From: Verrucomicrobiota bacterium
Lineage (GTDB): Bacteria > Verrucomicrobiota > Verrucomicrobiia > Verrucomicrobiales > DEV007
Length of the DNA: 64,000 nt
NCBI GenBank assembly: GCA_045046875.1
Contig: JASFYY010000018.1
Coordinates: 12,886-76,885 of the forward strand
Direction of reading: 5' to 3'
The notes beneath the pieces were generated by a model. The model searched no databases, was not told where the DNA came from, and was given only the letters and a program-made list of their open reading frames with translations. Made by a program: the position numbers and the translations under genes. Shown here one piece after another: positions 41,158-51,714 of the stretch. Every line of letters begins with the position of its first letter. Positions within the stretch are counted from its first letter, which is position 1.

Positions 41158-42471
41158 TTAGCTTAAATTCAGGGCGCCGCCGGCGCAGTGTTTTTCTGTG
41201 CCGAAGGATTTGAGGGGGTGGCCCATGGATTGGGAGAGGCTCATCAGTAGGCGGTTGTGGGGAACTTTGTCGACTTTGAGGTGGCGTCCGGTTTTGATGC
41301 CGTGCTGTTTTCCTCCGATCAATACAAAGGGGATGTTGTCGAGGGTGTGGGTATTGCCTTTGCCGAGTTCGTTGACCCAGATGATGAGAGTGTGGTCGAG
41401 CATGCTGCCGTCGCCTCCGGGTTCGGGCGTTTTTTGTAGTCGTTCGGTGAGGTAGGCCAGTTCGGTGCTGAACCAGCGGTTGATTTTGATCAGCTTGGCG
41501 ACGGCTTCTTTGTTGTCGTCGGGTTCGTGAGAGAGACCGTGGTGGCCGTCGTCGATGTCCATCCAGTGCATGCGGGCCTGGCCGACTGAGCGCATGTATT
41601 GCAGGGTGGCGATGCGGGTCATGTCGTTGGCCATGGAGTTGACCAACAGATCGATCTGCATGCGGCTGATTTTCGGGGTGTTGTCGTTGAGCAATTCGAT
41701 GTTGGGATCGATATCCGAAACCTGGTGGGTTAGCTTTTTGTTGTCGTTCTGCTGTTTGAGTTCGCTTTCCATTTCGCGAACCAGAGTGAGGTGTTCTTCG
41801 AGCAGTGAGCGGTCTTCTTCGCCCAATTTTTTGGAGGCTTGTTGCAGGTCACCTTTTAAGTTATCCAGAATACTGACCACGGTTTTTTTATCTTTCATGC
41901 CTCCGTAGATCTTGTTGAGCATCTGTTTGGGATCGGCGATGGGGGCGACGGGTTTGTTGGCGCCGGCGTAAACCATGCGGGTCCACGGGTCGGCGCGGTT
42001 GGGCACCGCCACGCCGAACTCGAGTGAACCAAAGCGGGTTTTGGTGGCGGGATTTTTTTGGCAAAGGTTTCTGATTTGTTGATCGATGGAGATGTCGCTG
42101 GCCCAGCCTGCCGGGGTGTCGGATCCGCCCTGGATGTTGCCGGGGAACAGGGGGGCTCCCGTGAGCAGGCAGCTCATGCCGCGCATGTGGCGGTCGCCGT
42201 CGCCTTGCAGTTTGTTGTAAACACCGTTGAGCACGAGCATTTCTTTTTTGAAGGCCTGCAGCGGTTCGAGAATAGGTGGCAGTTCAAAATCTTCGCCTTC
42301 GGTCTTCGGCCAGAAGGCACCGGGGATGGTGCCGTTGGGCGAGAACATGATGATGAGGCGCTTTTTGGCTGCGGAGTTTTTGGCGGCGGCTTGCAAACCG
42401 GGCAAGCCAGTGAGGAAGGGCAGGGCGGCGGCGGAAAAACCGAGGTCGTGGATGAATTGGCGGCGGTGCAT
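41158..42471 (-). CDS. DUF1552 domain protein (Tat signal)
   Basis: [55 protein letters not shown]. Confidence 0.88.
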   Translation of the reverse strand: MHRRQFIHDLGFSAAALPFLTGLPGLQAAAKNSAAKKRLIIMFSPNGTIPGAFWPKTEGEDFELPPILEPLQAFKKEMLVLNGVYNKLQGDGDRHMRGMSCLLTGAPLFPGNIQGGSDTPAGWASDISIDQQIRNLCQKNPATKTRFGSLEFGVAVPNRADPWTRMVYAGANKPVAPIADPKQMLNKIYGGMKDKKTVVSILDNLKGDLQQASKKLGEEDRSLLEEHLTLVREMESELKQQNDNKKLTHQVSDIDPNIELLNDNTPKISRMQIDLLVNSMANDMTRIATLQYMRSVGQARMHWMDIDDGHHGLSHEPDDNKEAVAKLIKINRWFSTELAYLTERLQKTPEPGGDGSMLDHTLIIWVNELGKGNTHTLDNIPFVLIGGKQHGIKTGRHLKVDKVPHNRLLMSLSQSMGHPLKSFGTEKHCAGGALNLS

Positions 42472-42506
42472 GGGTGGGGAAGGATTCAGGATTCAGAAGC
42501 CAGGAT

Positions 42507-44870
42507 TTAGGAGTCGGAGTTTTTTGGGTTTACGCCTTTGGTGGCGGATGCGGTGGCGATGTTTTTTAACAGTGCGCGGATGTTGTATCCGGAGTCGGCG
42601 AATTGTTTTTCCAGTTTGGCCATGGTGCCGGGGCCGTAAGCGAGAACGGGTTGTTTGACCGAGTGATGGAAAAGTTGCTGGATGAAAGCGCGGTGGGCAA
42701 GCGGATGGTCGGCGGCTAGTTGGGCGACGTCGCGGGCTCCGTTGAGGTGGATGGTTTTACCTGATGCGGTTTTGAAATCGCTCTTGGAGTTGATGGGTTT
42801 GTTCTGGTCTTTGGTCTGCCAGCGCCCGATGCCGTCGTAGTGTTCGAGGCTGAAACCGAGTGGATTGATGGAGACATGGCAGGCCATGCAGGCTTTGGAA
42901 CGGGTCATGTCGGCGACTTTTTCCCGCATGGTCAGGGAAGGGTCGAATTTGGCGGGTTCGAATTTGTTCGCCGTGGGCGGAGATTTCAAACTCATGCCGA
43001 GAATGTTACGGGTGAGGAATACGCCGCGGTGGATGGGCGAGGTGCTGTTGTGGTAGGCGAGCGTGGTGAGCAGAAAGGGGTGGGTGATAATGCCTGAGCG
43101 TTTTTTCGGGTCGGCGTGCACTTGTTGGAAGTCGTTGTTGTCTGCGGGTGTTTTCAGTCCGTAGATTTTTGCCAGGTTTTTGTCGAGGTAGAGGTAGTCG
43201 GCCAGCAGCAGTTGACGGTAGTCGGATTTGTCGTTGTTCCAGACGGTGTCATCGAGGAAAAGAAAGAGTGAGCGGCGCAGGTCGCTGAGCAGTTTTTGAT
43301 CGTAGTCGGGGAAGGTCTTTTTGTCTTTGGCGACATATTCGGCGCGGTCAAGTTCGAGCCAGTGATGGAAAAATCCGTGCATTTTTTGCTTGGTGCGGGG
43401 GTGGGAGATCATGCGCGCGGCCTGTTGTTCGATTTGCTGGGGGTTTTTGAGTTGGCCTTTACGGGCAGCTTTGCGCAGTTGTTTGTCGGGTAGGGAATCC
43501 CACAAGGTCAACGCCAAGCGAGCGGCGATGCGGTAGGGATCGTGATCGGCGGCGGCGGGAAGGTCGGGGTAGAGAAATCGTGGTGAGGTCAGGGCGAAGA
43601 TCACCAGTCGTTTGGCGGTGGGTTCTGCGGCCTGGTCTTTTTTATAAAAGGTGGCGGTGATTTGTTGGCGTTGCTGTTCGCTGAGGGGGCGGCGGAAGGC
43701 GGACTCGATAAAAGCCAAGCCGAAAGCTTGCAGTTTTTTTGCCCGGTCGGGCGCGTCTTTTTTGGTCTTGGCCAGATCGTCGATGTTTTTTGCCACATAG
43801 TTGGCGGTGTGGATGGCCCCCTGGGTGACGGCTTCGAGCCAGGCTTGGGACATCTGGGTGCCGCGTTCGTATCCGACGCTGCGGTCATCGGCGGGGAAGG
43901 GGGTGTCGATCACCAGTGATTCGGCGACGCCCCAAGGGTAGAGATTGCGTTCGGGGATGGTGCGAACGCTGCCGTGCGGTGTTTTCCATAACAGCTCGAG
44001 CGAGGCGTTTTTTTCTTTGAATTTAAAATAGGTCAAAGCAACCGGGTAGGCGCGTCCGCCGAGTAGGAAAATACGACATTTTTCTTCACGCACCTCGTTG
44101 TTGGAAGCGACCTGGGCGTCGATGTTGGCTTTGCCTCCTTTTTTTGCCACCCACCAGAATTGTTGATTGATGTAAAACCGAGCGCCATTGCGGGTGCGGA
44201 TGACAAACTCATACACGCCGGTTTCTTCGGCGATGATAGAGCCTTCCCATTTCACTTCGAAGACATTATTGTCGAGCTTTTTGCCGCGTAGTTTCTCAGG
44301 GAGTTTTTCGCCATAATTGAATTGGATACGTGCATCGCGGCCTTTGATATGCTCTTTTTTGGGTTTGTCTTTTTTGTTTTTTTTAGGAGGGGTGCCGGTG
44401 TAAGTGACGGAAAGGCCACGCTCGTCACCGAGCGGATTGGAGAAGTTATTGCGAAAACCACCGACCAGATCGGCGACGCTGTTGCGGTACTGGGGAACTG
44501 TGAGCCGTGCGGTTTCGATTCGGGCGGGGGTGTTGCGGGCGCGGGCGGCGAGCGAATAAAAGGCGTCGTGGATGTAGGCGGCGACGGCATCGGCGTCGTC
44601 ACCGATGCAGAGATCTTCTTCGTCCTCGGGCATGGTGCGCACGATACGTTTGCTCAGCGAGGCAAGGTCGCGGTTGCCGTAGAGCGGGTCGTCGGTTTTG
44701 TCTTCGACGGCTTCGCCGTTGGGGCCGTGGCAGTCGAGGCATTGTTTTTTGTAAATGGCGGCACCGCGTTTGAGCAGATCGTTGGTCTGGGCGTTGGCGG
44801 GCAGCGGGGCGAGACCCGTAAGCAGGATGGCTAGGGCAAAAAACCGTGGCTTGGAAAGAATAGAAGTCAT
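42507..44870 (-). CDS. DUF1592/DUF1588/DUF1585 protein with c-type heme motifs and a PA14 domain
   Basis: CLDCH, RLTVPQYRNSV, AFRRPL, SPRFLY, TSPIHRG, CMACH, NPLGFSLEHYDGIGRW; start at ATG 44870. Confidence 0.88.
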   Translation of the reverse strand: MTSILSKPRFFALAILLTGLAPLPANAQTNDLLKRGAAIYKKQCLDCHGPNGEAVEDKTDDPLYGNRDLASLSKRIVRTMPEDEEDLCIGDDADAVAAYIHDAFYSLAARARNTPARIETARLTVPQYRNSVADLVGGFRNNFSNPLGDERGLSVTYTGTPPKKNKKDKPKKEHIKGRDARIQFNYGEKLPEKLRGKKLDNNVFEVKWEGSIIAEETGVYEFVIRTRNGARFYINQQFWWVAKKGGKANIDAQVASNNEVREEKCRIFLLGGRAYPVALTYFKFKEKNASLELLWKTPHGSVRTIPERNLYPWGVAESLVIDTPFPADDRSVGYERGTQMSQAWLEAVTQGAIHTANYVAKNIDDLAKTKKDAPDRAKKLQAFGLAFIESAFRRPLSEQQRQQITATFYKKDQAAEPTAKRLVIFALTSPRFLYPDLPAAADHDPYRIAARLALTLWDSLPDKQLRKAARKGQLKNPQQIEQQAARMISHPRTKQKMHGFFHHWLELDRAEYVAKDKKTFPDYDQKLLSDLRRSLFLFLDDTVWNNDKSDYRQLLLADYLYLDKNLAKIYGLKTPADNNDFQQVHADPKKRSGIITHPFLLTTLAYHNSTSPIHRGVFLTRNILGMSLKSPPTANKFEPAKFDPSLTMREKVADMTRSKACMACHVSINPLGFSLEHYDGIGRWQTKDQNKPINSKSDFKTASGKTIHLNGARDVAQLAADHPLAHRAFIQQLFHHSVKQPVLAYGPGTMAKLEKQFADSGYNIRALLKNIATASATKGVNPKNSDS

Positions 44871-45136
44871 TGTTGCTAATGAGATTTTTTGCACAAGGGA
44901 ATATTTATCCGGTGTGCGCAGGCTTTGACCGAGAGCAGTCGGGGACTGTTCAAAGAATGGCGGTATTTTGTTCTTTGACCTCACAAAATGGAAGCAAAAC
45001 AGAGCGCCGTCATGCCTGGGCCATGGCGTATTTGCGTAGGTAGGTATTGAGAAAAAAGGATGGCGCGAGAGCGGATTGCGGGATAGAACTGATGGGTAAG
45101 CGCCCTCTGTGACTTATAAACTCCAAATTAATACCA

Positions 45137-46657
45137 ATGAAAAATAAACCCTCCTTTCCTACTGCCATCCTGCTGTTTGCTTTGGCGCTGGTATTCACCG
45201 TGTGGGCATCGTCTGCGCAAGCGGCCGATCAAAAGCCGAATATTGTATTTATAATGGCTGATGACTTGGGTTACTCCGAGTTGGGATCCTACGGGCAGAA
45301 AAAAATCCGCACTCCGCATTTGGATCAACTGGCTAAAGAGGGCATGCGATTCACCCGCCATTATTCGGGCAACGCGGTGTGTGCGCCGTCGCGCTGCGTG
45401 TTGATGACCGGCAAACACCCCGGCCATGCGTGGGTGCGCACCAATAAAGCGACCAAGCCGCTCGGGCAGGAGCCGATTCCTGCAAGTGAGGTGACGGTGG
45501 CGGAGTTGTTGCAGAAGCAGGGTTATGCGACCGGAGCTTTTGGCAAGTGGGGTTTGGGGCGTCCGGGTTCGAGCGGTGATCCGCTGAAACAGGGTTTTGA
45601 TCGTTTTTTTGGTTACAACTGCCAAAGCCGCGCGCACAGTTATTATTCGGATTATTTGCAGGATGATGACAAACATTTTGCGCTGAAGAACAACCCGGTG
45701 CTTCCCGGGCATGCGAGTTTGGCAGAGGGGGCGGATCCGCTGGATCCAAAAAGTTATGCGATGTTTAAAGGTACGGATTATGCCTCGGATCATATCAATG
45801 ACGAGGCTTTGAAGTTCATGCGCAAAAATAAAGACCGGCCGTTTTATTTATATTATCCGACGATGATCCCGCATGTGGCCTTGCATGTGCCGGATGAGGA
45901 ACTGGCGCCTTATTTGAAATTGGGTTGGAAGGAAAAACCTTTCACTGGTCGTAATGCTAATGGCAAGCGTTATGGTTATACCCCGCACATGACTCCCAAA
46001 GCGGCTTATGCTGCGATGATTTCGCGCATGGATAGGTATGTGGGCAAGTTGTTGAAGCAGCTGGATGAGTTGGATTTGGCGGAGAATACCATTGTGGTTT
46101 TCACTTCGGATAATGGCACGACTCATTTGGGTGATGAGGTGGACTACGAGTTTTTTGAAAGTGTGGGGCCGCTGCGCGGCTTGAAGGGATCGTTGTATGA
46201 AGGAGGGGTGCGGGTGCCTTTGATCGTGAGGTGGCCGGGGCATGTGAAAGCTGGCACGGTGAGCGACTATGTGTCGGGTTTCGAGGACTGGTTGCCGACC
46301 TTACTGGAAGTGGTGGGGGATTCGAGCGAGGTGCCGGAAGGGCTGGACGGAGTGAGTTTGGTTTCGGTATTGGAGGGCAAAAAGCAGCAGGCGCGGGATT
46401 TGCTTTATCGGGAGTTTCCAAGTTACGGCGGTCAGCAGGCCTTGTGGTCGGGTAAGTGGAAGGCAGTGAAACAGAACATGAGCAAGGGCAATACGGAGAT
46501 TGAGCTGTATGATTTGAGTCAGGATGAAGGGGAGGCGAATAACGTTGCAGCTCAGAATTTGGAGGTGGTCAAGCGTATGCGCCAGCAGATGGATGAGCAG
46601 CACGTACCGTCGGAGGTTTTTCCGCTGCCGACTTACGAGAAGAGGAAGAAGAAGTAG
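45137..46657 (+). CDS. Arylsulfatase (formylglycine-dependent, Cys-type)
   Basis: PNIVFIMADDLG, CAPSRCVLMTG, GKWGLG, FTSDNG, KGSLYEGGVRVP. Confidence 0.95.
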   Translation: MKNKPSFPTAILLFALALVFTVWASSAQAADQKPNIVFIMADDLGYSELGSYGQKKIRTPHLDQLAKEGMRFTRHYSGNAVCAPSRCVLMTGKHPGHAWVRTNKATKPLGQEPIPASEVTVAELLQKQGYATGAFGKWGLGRPGSSGDPLKQGFDRFFGYNCQSRAHSYYSDYLQDDDKHFALKNNPVLPGHASLAEGADPLDPKSYAMFKGTDYASDHINDEALKFMRKNKDRPFYLYYPTMIPHVALHVPDEELAPYLKLGWKEKPFTGRNANGKRYGYTPHMTPKAAYAAMISRMDRYVGKLLKQLDELDLAENTIVVFTSDNGTTHLGDEVDYEFFESVGPLRGLKGSLYEGGVRVPLIVRWPGHVKAGTVSDYVSGFEDWLPTLLEVVGDSSEVPEGLDGVSLVSVLEGKKQQARDLLYREFPSYGGQQALWSGKWKAVKQNMSKGNTEIELYDLSQDEGEANNVAAQNLEVVKRMRQQMDEQHVPSEVFPLPTYEKRKKK

Positions 46658-46757
46658 GATAGAATTGCCTCCGGCGATCTTCGTTGCACTGCGGTTCCAA
46701 TTCTGTTATTGGGAGTGGAGGGGACGGTGTGTGAATAAATATGGAAATTTGTTCTAC
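46654..46757. repeat. Inverted REP doublet (REPIN-like)
   Basis: GTAGGATAGAATTG...CAATTCTGTT at 46654-46707, and an inverted GAATAAATATGGAAATTTGTTCTAC at 46733-46757. Confidence 0.65.
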
Positions 46758-46794
46758 GGGTTGACCTGCCTTGTTTATTAGCTTTGTTCTGCTT

Positions 46795-47358
46795 ATGAAA
46801 TTAGTGATGATTGTGACAGGGGCTTTGGTGATGGGTGTGGTGGGTTGTAAAAAACCGGAGGCGGGGACGGTGGCGAAACGCAGTGAGTATTCCGATGTGG
46901 AGCCGGTTGAGCAATCTTCGGTTTTGGCTTTGCCGATTGAACGAACCATCACAGGGAAAGATGGCAGGGAATTGGATGTGACGATTATCAAGCGTACAAC
47001 GACCCATATCGCGATTGTGAGAAAGCGGGATCAGAAGGCTTTTACCCTAGCGCTTGAGAAACTTTCAGACGCAGATCGGGAATTTGTGAAAACTCTGCCG
47101 GTTTCGGAGAAATTGGTTAAATCAAACGAGGACATCAGAGAGGAAGGCCGTAAAAAAGCCTTGCGGGAATTGGAGGAAAAAGTGCGGGAATTGGAAAAAG
47201 AATTGTTCACAGGAGCCTTGAACGGTTCCCAAACTTCGATGGTTGAAGGGAAGGTCCAACGGTTGAAGCGGGAGATTTTGAAATTGGGCGGAAAGACGGA
47301 TCCAAGCGATTTCGTGCCTCGTGGAAAAAAGGGGTCCAGTGGGAATTTCATTCAGTGA
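46795..47358 (+). CDS. Hypothetical lipoprotein with SHD1-like domain
   Basis: VVGC lipobox; RTITGKDGREL...LALEKLSDADREFV. Confidence 0.7.
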   Translation: MKLVMIVTGALVMGVVGCKKPEAGTVAKRSEYSDVEPVEQSSVLALPIERTITGKDGRELDVTIIKRTTTHIAIVRKRDQKAFTLALEKLSDADREFVKTLPVSEKLVKSNEDIREEGRKKALRELEEKVRELEKELFTGALNGSQTSMVEGKVQRLKREILKLGGKTDPSDFVPRGKKGSSGNFIQ

Positions 47359-47491
47359 GATCCAACGAAATAGAGGAATTCTATAAATAAATGCTTTTTT
47401 TCTTGTATTAACATTGTGTTTACGGCATTTACATTGTAAAACAATTAATACCGAGTAAGTTATTACTGTAAAACCTTTGAATATTTGAGCC

Positions 47492-50400
47492 ATGAAAACA
47501 AAAATGAAGATTAAGGGGCTGAGGGAGCAACGACCAGAGCGTCAGAAAAAGAAGGGGGTGGCCTTGCTCACGGTGCTGACGGTGATGTCACTGGCAACTA
47601 TTCTGGTGCTGACGTTTTTTACCATGGCGCAGAGTGAGTTGGAATCGGCGACCAGTTATTCTCAAGGCATGGAAGCCAAGCATCTGTCGGAAACGGCAGT
47701 GAATATGGTGATCGGGCAGATTCGCAGCGCGACAACTGGTTCGTGGGGGCAAGCGACACCACCTCAAGCGAAAGCGTATAGCTGGGCTTCCCAACCCGGA
47801 GTGATCCGGAATTATGAAGTGAGTGGCACGATGGCTAAAGGCTTTAAGCTTTATTCTGATGACCGAATGGTTGAAACGGTGGAGGCAGATTTGGTGATCA
47901 GGGATGTGGCGGATCTTAAAACCTGGTCTTCCAACCCTGCTGTTTTTGTTGATTTAAATGAGCCGGTGATTCGGGGGAACAAGGTTTTTTATCCGATTGT
48001 GGATCCCCGCGCTAAGAGTATCCAGGAGGTGGAGGGTTTTGACTACAGCACGGCTGATGTTGGTAGAAGTCCTCTGGCGCAGGCGGTGAAAAGAGCTGAC
48101 AGCCAAGCGGATAGTTTGCCGATGCCAGTGAAGTGGCTGTATCAATTGGAAGATGGCACGATGGGTTATATGCAGGCGGGTGGCAGTAAGGGGCGCTTTG
48201 TGCCTTTGGGCGGAGGAGGAAATCCGACTGAGCAGAATCCTATTGTTGGCCGGGTGGCATTTTGGACAGATGACGAGAGCTCGAAGTTGAATGTGAACAC
48301 CGCAGCGGGGGGGATGGTGTGGGACACTCCTCGTACCGGCGGGGACATTGATCGGAATTTTGGTCGTTATCAACCGGCGGCGCATGAATGGCAGCGTTAC
48401 CCGGCGCATCCAGCGACCACTTCCTTGTCGCCAGTATTTTTTCCAGGCAAGGCGGATATTGTACTCAATCGTAAAGCGATGGACATGATTTATGCCCTCA
48501 CTCCGCGAGTGGTGGGCGGGGGTTCACGTGCGGGTTCAATGAAAGCTCAAGAGCCCAATGGATTGGTTCCGGACAAGGATCGGCTCTACCCTTCCCTTGA
48601 TGAGTTTATTTTGCGTCCGGATAGGACGGAGAATGAGTTTCCAACGCAGTATATGAAGAGAGGTGGAGTGGCCCAACTACTGGAGCGCGCCCGTTTTTTT
48701 CTAACAGCGACCAGTCGAGCGCCGGAGGTGACTTTGTTTAACACGCCAAGGGTGAGTATTTGGCCGACTTATAACAAGAGGAGCTCATCCGATGAAAAAT
48801 ACGCCACACCGTTTGATAATTTGATCAGGTTCACTGCGGAGGTGGGAGTGAATCCGTCCTCGAGCAATAAATATGACAGGCGCAATATCTATCATTTCCA
48901 GCGTGAAAATGCAGATAGCTCGACATTTGATTATAACAACATTAAACGGAACAGAGAGTTGTATGCATACTTGGACGACTTGATGGAAACCAACATCCCT
49001 GGATTTGGTGGTAATTTTAAGAGCAAGTATGGAAATAACAATCAGAATCAGTTACTGACTGAAATTTTTGATTATATACGTTCGACTAACCTTTTTGATG
49101 ATACGATCTATGGTGAGAATTGGAAAAGTGCTTTCACGTCTGGCAATGGAGATAATCACCGGACTTACACAAATTTTCGGAAAAGTGATAAGAATGAGAG
49201 AGGGATTCATATGGGGCATGGGCAAGTTACTCCGATTCAAATAAATAAGGGAGGGGTCAATACGAGAGGCTTTGGGCGTTTCTACTCAATTGTTGAGGTG
49301 GGTGTGCAATTGATATGCTGTGCAGATGGAAATGAAGGAGCGTGGAGCGCTTCAGGCGGGCAAGGAGGGGATGCTAATGATCGGTTTCAAACCCAAGTTT
49401 CAGGAGGTGGAGGAAAGAGCGGGGTTCCTTATCCAGAAAATGGAAAGGTTGCTTACAGTAATTATCCTCCAGGGACAACAGGTCCCGGTCCAGAAGGGCA
49501 AGCAGCAAATCACAATAACATGTTGGCTATAGCCAATGGTGGTCAGCCGCTGAATCCGGGAGAAAAAATTGTGCAGGCGGCTATATTGTTCAAAATGTTT
49601 TCACCAAGTCAGGGATGGGTTCCTATCAACCCGGATTTTAAATTCGATGTGTCGGGTGCGGGTAGCATTACGATTGGTGGCAAATCGGGATTGTTTCCGG
49701 GTTCGGCTACATGGAAGGCAAATGGGGTGCCTTTCACAGGAGTATGGAGTGGTCGGCATTATGGGGGGAATGGTGGATTCCGATCTTTGATGCGTTCTTC
49801 TAAAAAGATAAAGGGAAGATGGGGGAGAGTTGCTCCAGGAGACAGCGAATCAGCATCTGATTACAATACCTATCCTTGGATCAGTAGACCGTTTAAGATA
49901 ACCGGAAATGTGGTAGCCTTCAGTGGCGCTACTCTTACAATAAAAATGTATTCGAATGTCGATGATGGCGGTAATCTGCCCTCTAGCCCTCAATCACCGG
50001 CCGAAGTGATTCAGACAATAAGTCTGAATTTGAGTAAACTTAACGGGAATATGCCTACTCCGTCCCTCTCTTCCGGGAGAAGGGAATATATTAATGAATT
50101 TGGTGTGACTACTTTTCCGGAGGCTTCTCCTGGTGCATGGTGGAGTTTGTCCAATGACGGGGCTTTTTTGCAAGGTCAGGATTCAGCGGACAGGGGGCGC
50201 TTGTCGTGGTCAAACAGCAGCCCTTATTATGGAGCGAGATTTATTAAGGAGGGCGACACGGTTTGGTCGATGGGGGTGCCACATGGAGACTATCGTCTTC
50301 TTGCAGCGAGAATGGATCCAGGAAGCCTTTTCGAGCCTCATCCGTATGCTAAAGCAGGAGAGCAAATGGGGCATACTTTTTATTCTGCGTGGGGAAACTA

Positions 50401-51694
50401 CTGGGGGTTTGCCGGGTCGGGTAGGCACGAAGGATCTAGAACCGTTGATCCCAAATTGCAATTGGTTCAGATTAGTGAATCAAGAGGGCATGCTCCGACC
50501 CCGCTGTGGAGGGACTCCGTAAATTGGAATTTGTATGGAGATTTTGATAATGGCATGGGCAATGCTCAAGACGGTCCTTATATTAACAAGGCGGACGAAG
50601 GTAATACTCACTCGTTGAACCGGCCTGCCCCGGGTTCCGTGCCTAAAACAGCCTATGATATGCGACGTGATTATGGTGATTTCCCTTATTTTGTTCGGGA
50701 GTATATTCACGAACCTGGAGGGCCGTCGTATTTTTCTCCAAATCGAATTATGCCTGGGCCCGGGGTCTTCGGCTCGCTACCGACGGCGGCTTTAGATAAT
50801 CAGGGATCTGGTTTGAATAACGGCGCTTGGCAGACCCTGCTTTTCCGGCCGGATATTGTAGGCAATGGCTACACTTCCCATCCGGGAGCTTTATCTCCTA
50901 AGGATCACTTGATCATGGATTTGTTCTGGATGCCGGTGGTGGAGCCTTACGCGATCAGTGAAACGCTTTCCACTGCGGGTAAAATCAATATGAACTATCA
51001 AATTTTGCCGTTCTCTTATATCAAACGATCTACAGGTTTGCATGGAGTGTTCAAATCAGAAGTGATGATGACGGTTCCTAACAAGCACGCTAAGGATTAC
51101 AAATCGGGATCGGGTCGTGGAGCTGGGTATCACTGGAAATATAGCCCTTATGGCGGAACGTTGCAGCAAAAGAGCATGCGAACATTCATCGTGGCGGACA
51201 AAACGTTGCAACAGTTTGAAACAGAAAAATTTTCTAGAAATCAGATTTTTAAATCAGCAACGGAGATTTGCGACATTTTTCTCATTCCCCAGGATATTGG
51301 TGAAGCGTCCGGTTTTAGTAATCAAGCGGGCACTTATACCCCGACAGTGGCGCAAATGCGGAGTGGTAAATACAATCGGGATCACGCGGTGGTGGGCGAC
51401 AATGGCCGTGAACGCCCTTACGCGGACATTTACCCTCGTCTGACCACCAAGTCGAATACATTCAAGGTGCATTTCCGCGCGCAGGTTTTGAAAAAGGCCA
51501 AGGGCCGTCCGCAGGGAGAATGGGATCCGGAGTATGATCAACCGGTGGGCGAATACCGCGGTTCTACGGTGATTGAGCGTTATATCGACCCCAATGATCA
51601 GGATATACCGGATTATGCTACGGCCTCCAATGCGCAGGCGATTGACCGTTTTTATCGATATCGGGTATTGAATACTCGTCGTTTTTCACCTTAA
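47492..51694 (+). CDS. Verru_Chthon cassette protein A
   Basis: PilX-like KKGVALLTVL, WASQPG, VDLNEPV, MPVKWLYQLEDG, FWTDDESSKLNVNTA, DLFWMPVVEPYAISE, ERPYADIYPRLTTKSNT. Confidence 0.9.
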   Translation: MKTKMKIKGLREQRPERQKKKGVALLTVLTVMSLATILVLTFFTMAQSELESATSYSQGMEAKHLSETAVNMVIGQIRSATTGSWGQATPPQAKAYSWASQPGVIRNYEVSGTMAKGFKLYSDDRMVETVEADLVIRDVADLKTWSSNPAVFVDLNEPVIRGNKVFYPIVDPRAKSIQEVEGFDYSTADVGRSPLAQAVKRADSQADSLPMPVKWLYQLEDGTMGYMQAGGSKGRFVPLGGGGNPTEQNPIVGRVAFWTDDESSKLNVNTAAGGMVWDTPRTGGDIDRNFGRYQPAAHEWQRYPAHPATTSLSPVFFPGKADIVLNRKAMDMIYALTPRVVGGGSRAGSMKAQEPNGLVPDKDRLYPSLDEFILRPDRTENEFPTQYMKRGGVAQLLERARFFLTATSRAPEVTLFNTPRVSIWPTYNKRSSSDEKYATPFDNLIRFTAEVGVNPSSSNKYDRRNIYHFQRENADSSTFDYNNIKRNRELYAYLDDLMETNIPGFGGNFKSKYGNNNQNQLLTEIFDYIRSTNLFDDTIYGENWKSAFTSGNGDNHRTYTNFRKSDKNERGIHMGHGQVTPIQINKGGVNTRGFGRFYSIVEVGVQLICCADGNEGAWSASGGQGGDANDRFQTQVSGGGGKSGVPYPENGKVAYSNYPPGTTGPGPEGQAANHNNMLAIANGGQPLNPGEKIVQAAILFKMFSPSQGWVPINPDFKFDVSGAGSITIGGKSGLFPGSATWKANGVPFTGVWSGRHYGGNGGFRSLMRSSKKIKGRWGRVAPGDSESASDYNTYPWISRPFKITGNVVAFSGATLTIKMYSNVDDGGNLPSSPQSPAEVIQTISLNLSKLNGNMPTPSLSSGRREYINEFGVTTFPEASPGAWWSLSNDGAFLQGQDSADRGRLSWSNSSPYYGARFIKEGDTVWSMGVPHGDYRLLAARMDPGSLFEPHPYAKAGEQMGHTFYSAWGNYWGFAGSGRHEGSRTVDPKLQLVQISESRGHAPTPLWRDSVNWNLYGDFDNGMGNAQDGPYINKADEGNTHSLNRPAPGSVPKTAYDMRRDYGDFPYFVREYIHEPGGPSYFSPNRIMPGPGVFGSLPTAALDNQGSGLNNGAWQTLLFRPDIVGNGYTSHPGALSPKDHLIMDLFWMPVVEPYAISETLSTAGKINMNYQILPFSYIKRSTGLHGVFKSEVMMTVPNKHAKDYKSGSGRGAGYHWKYSPYGGTLQQKSMRTFIVADKTLQQFETEKFSRNQIFKSATEICDIFLIPQDIGEASGFSNQAGTYTPTVAQMRSGKYNRDHAVVGDNGRERPYADIYPRLTTKSNTFKVHFRAQVLKKAKGRPQGEWDPEYDQPVGEYRGSTVIERYIDPNDQDIPDYATASNAQAIDRFYRYRVLNTRRFSP

Positions 51695-51714
51695 ACTGAA
51701 AGGGAGGGCTGATT

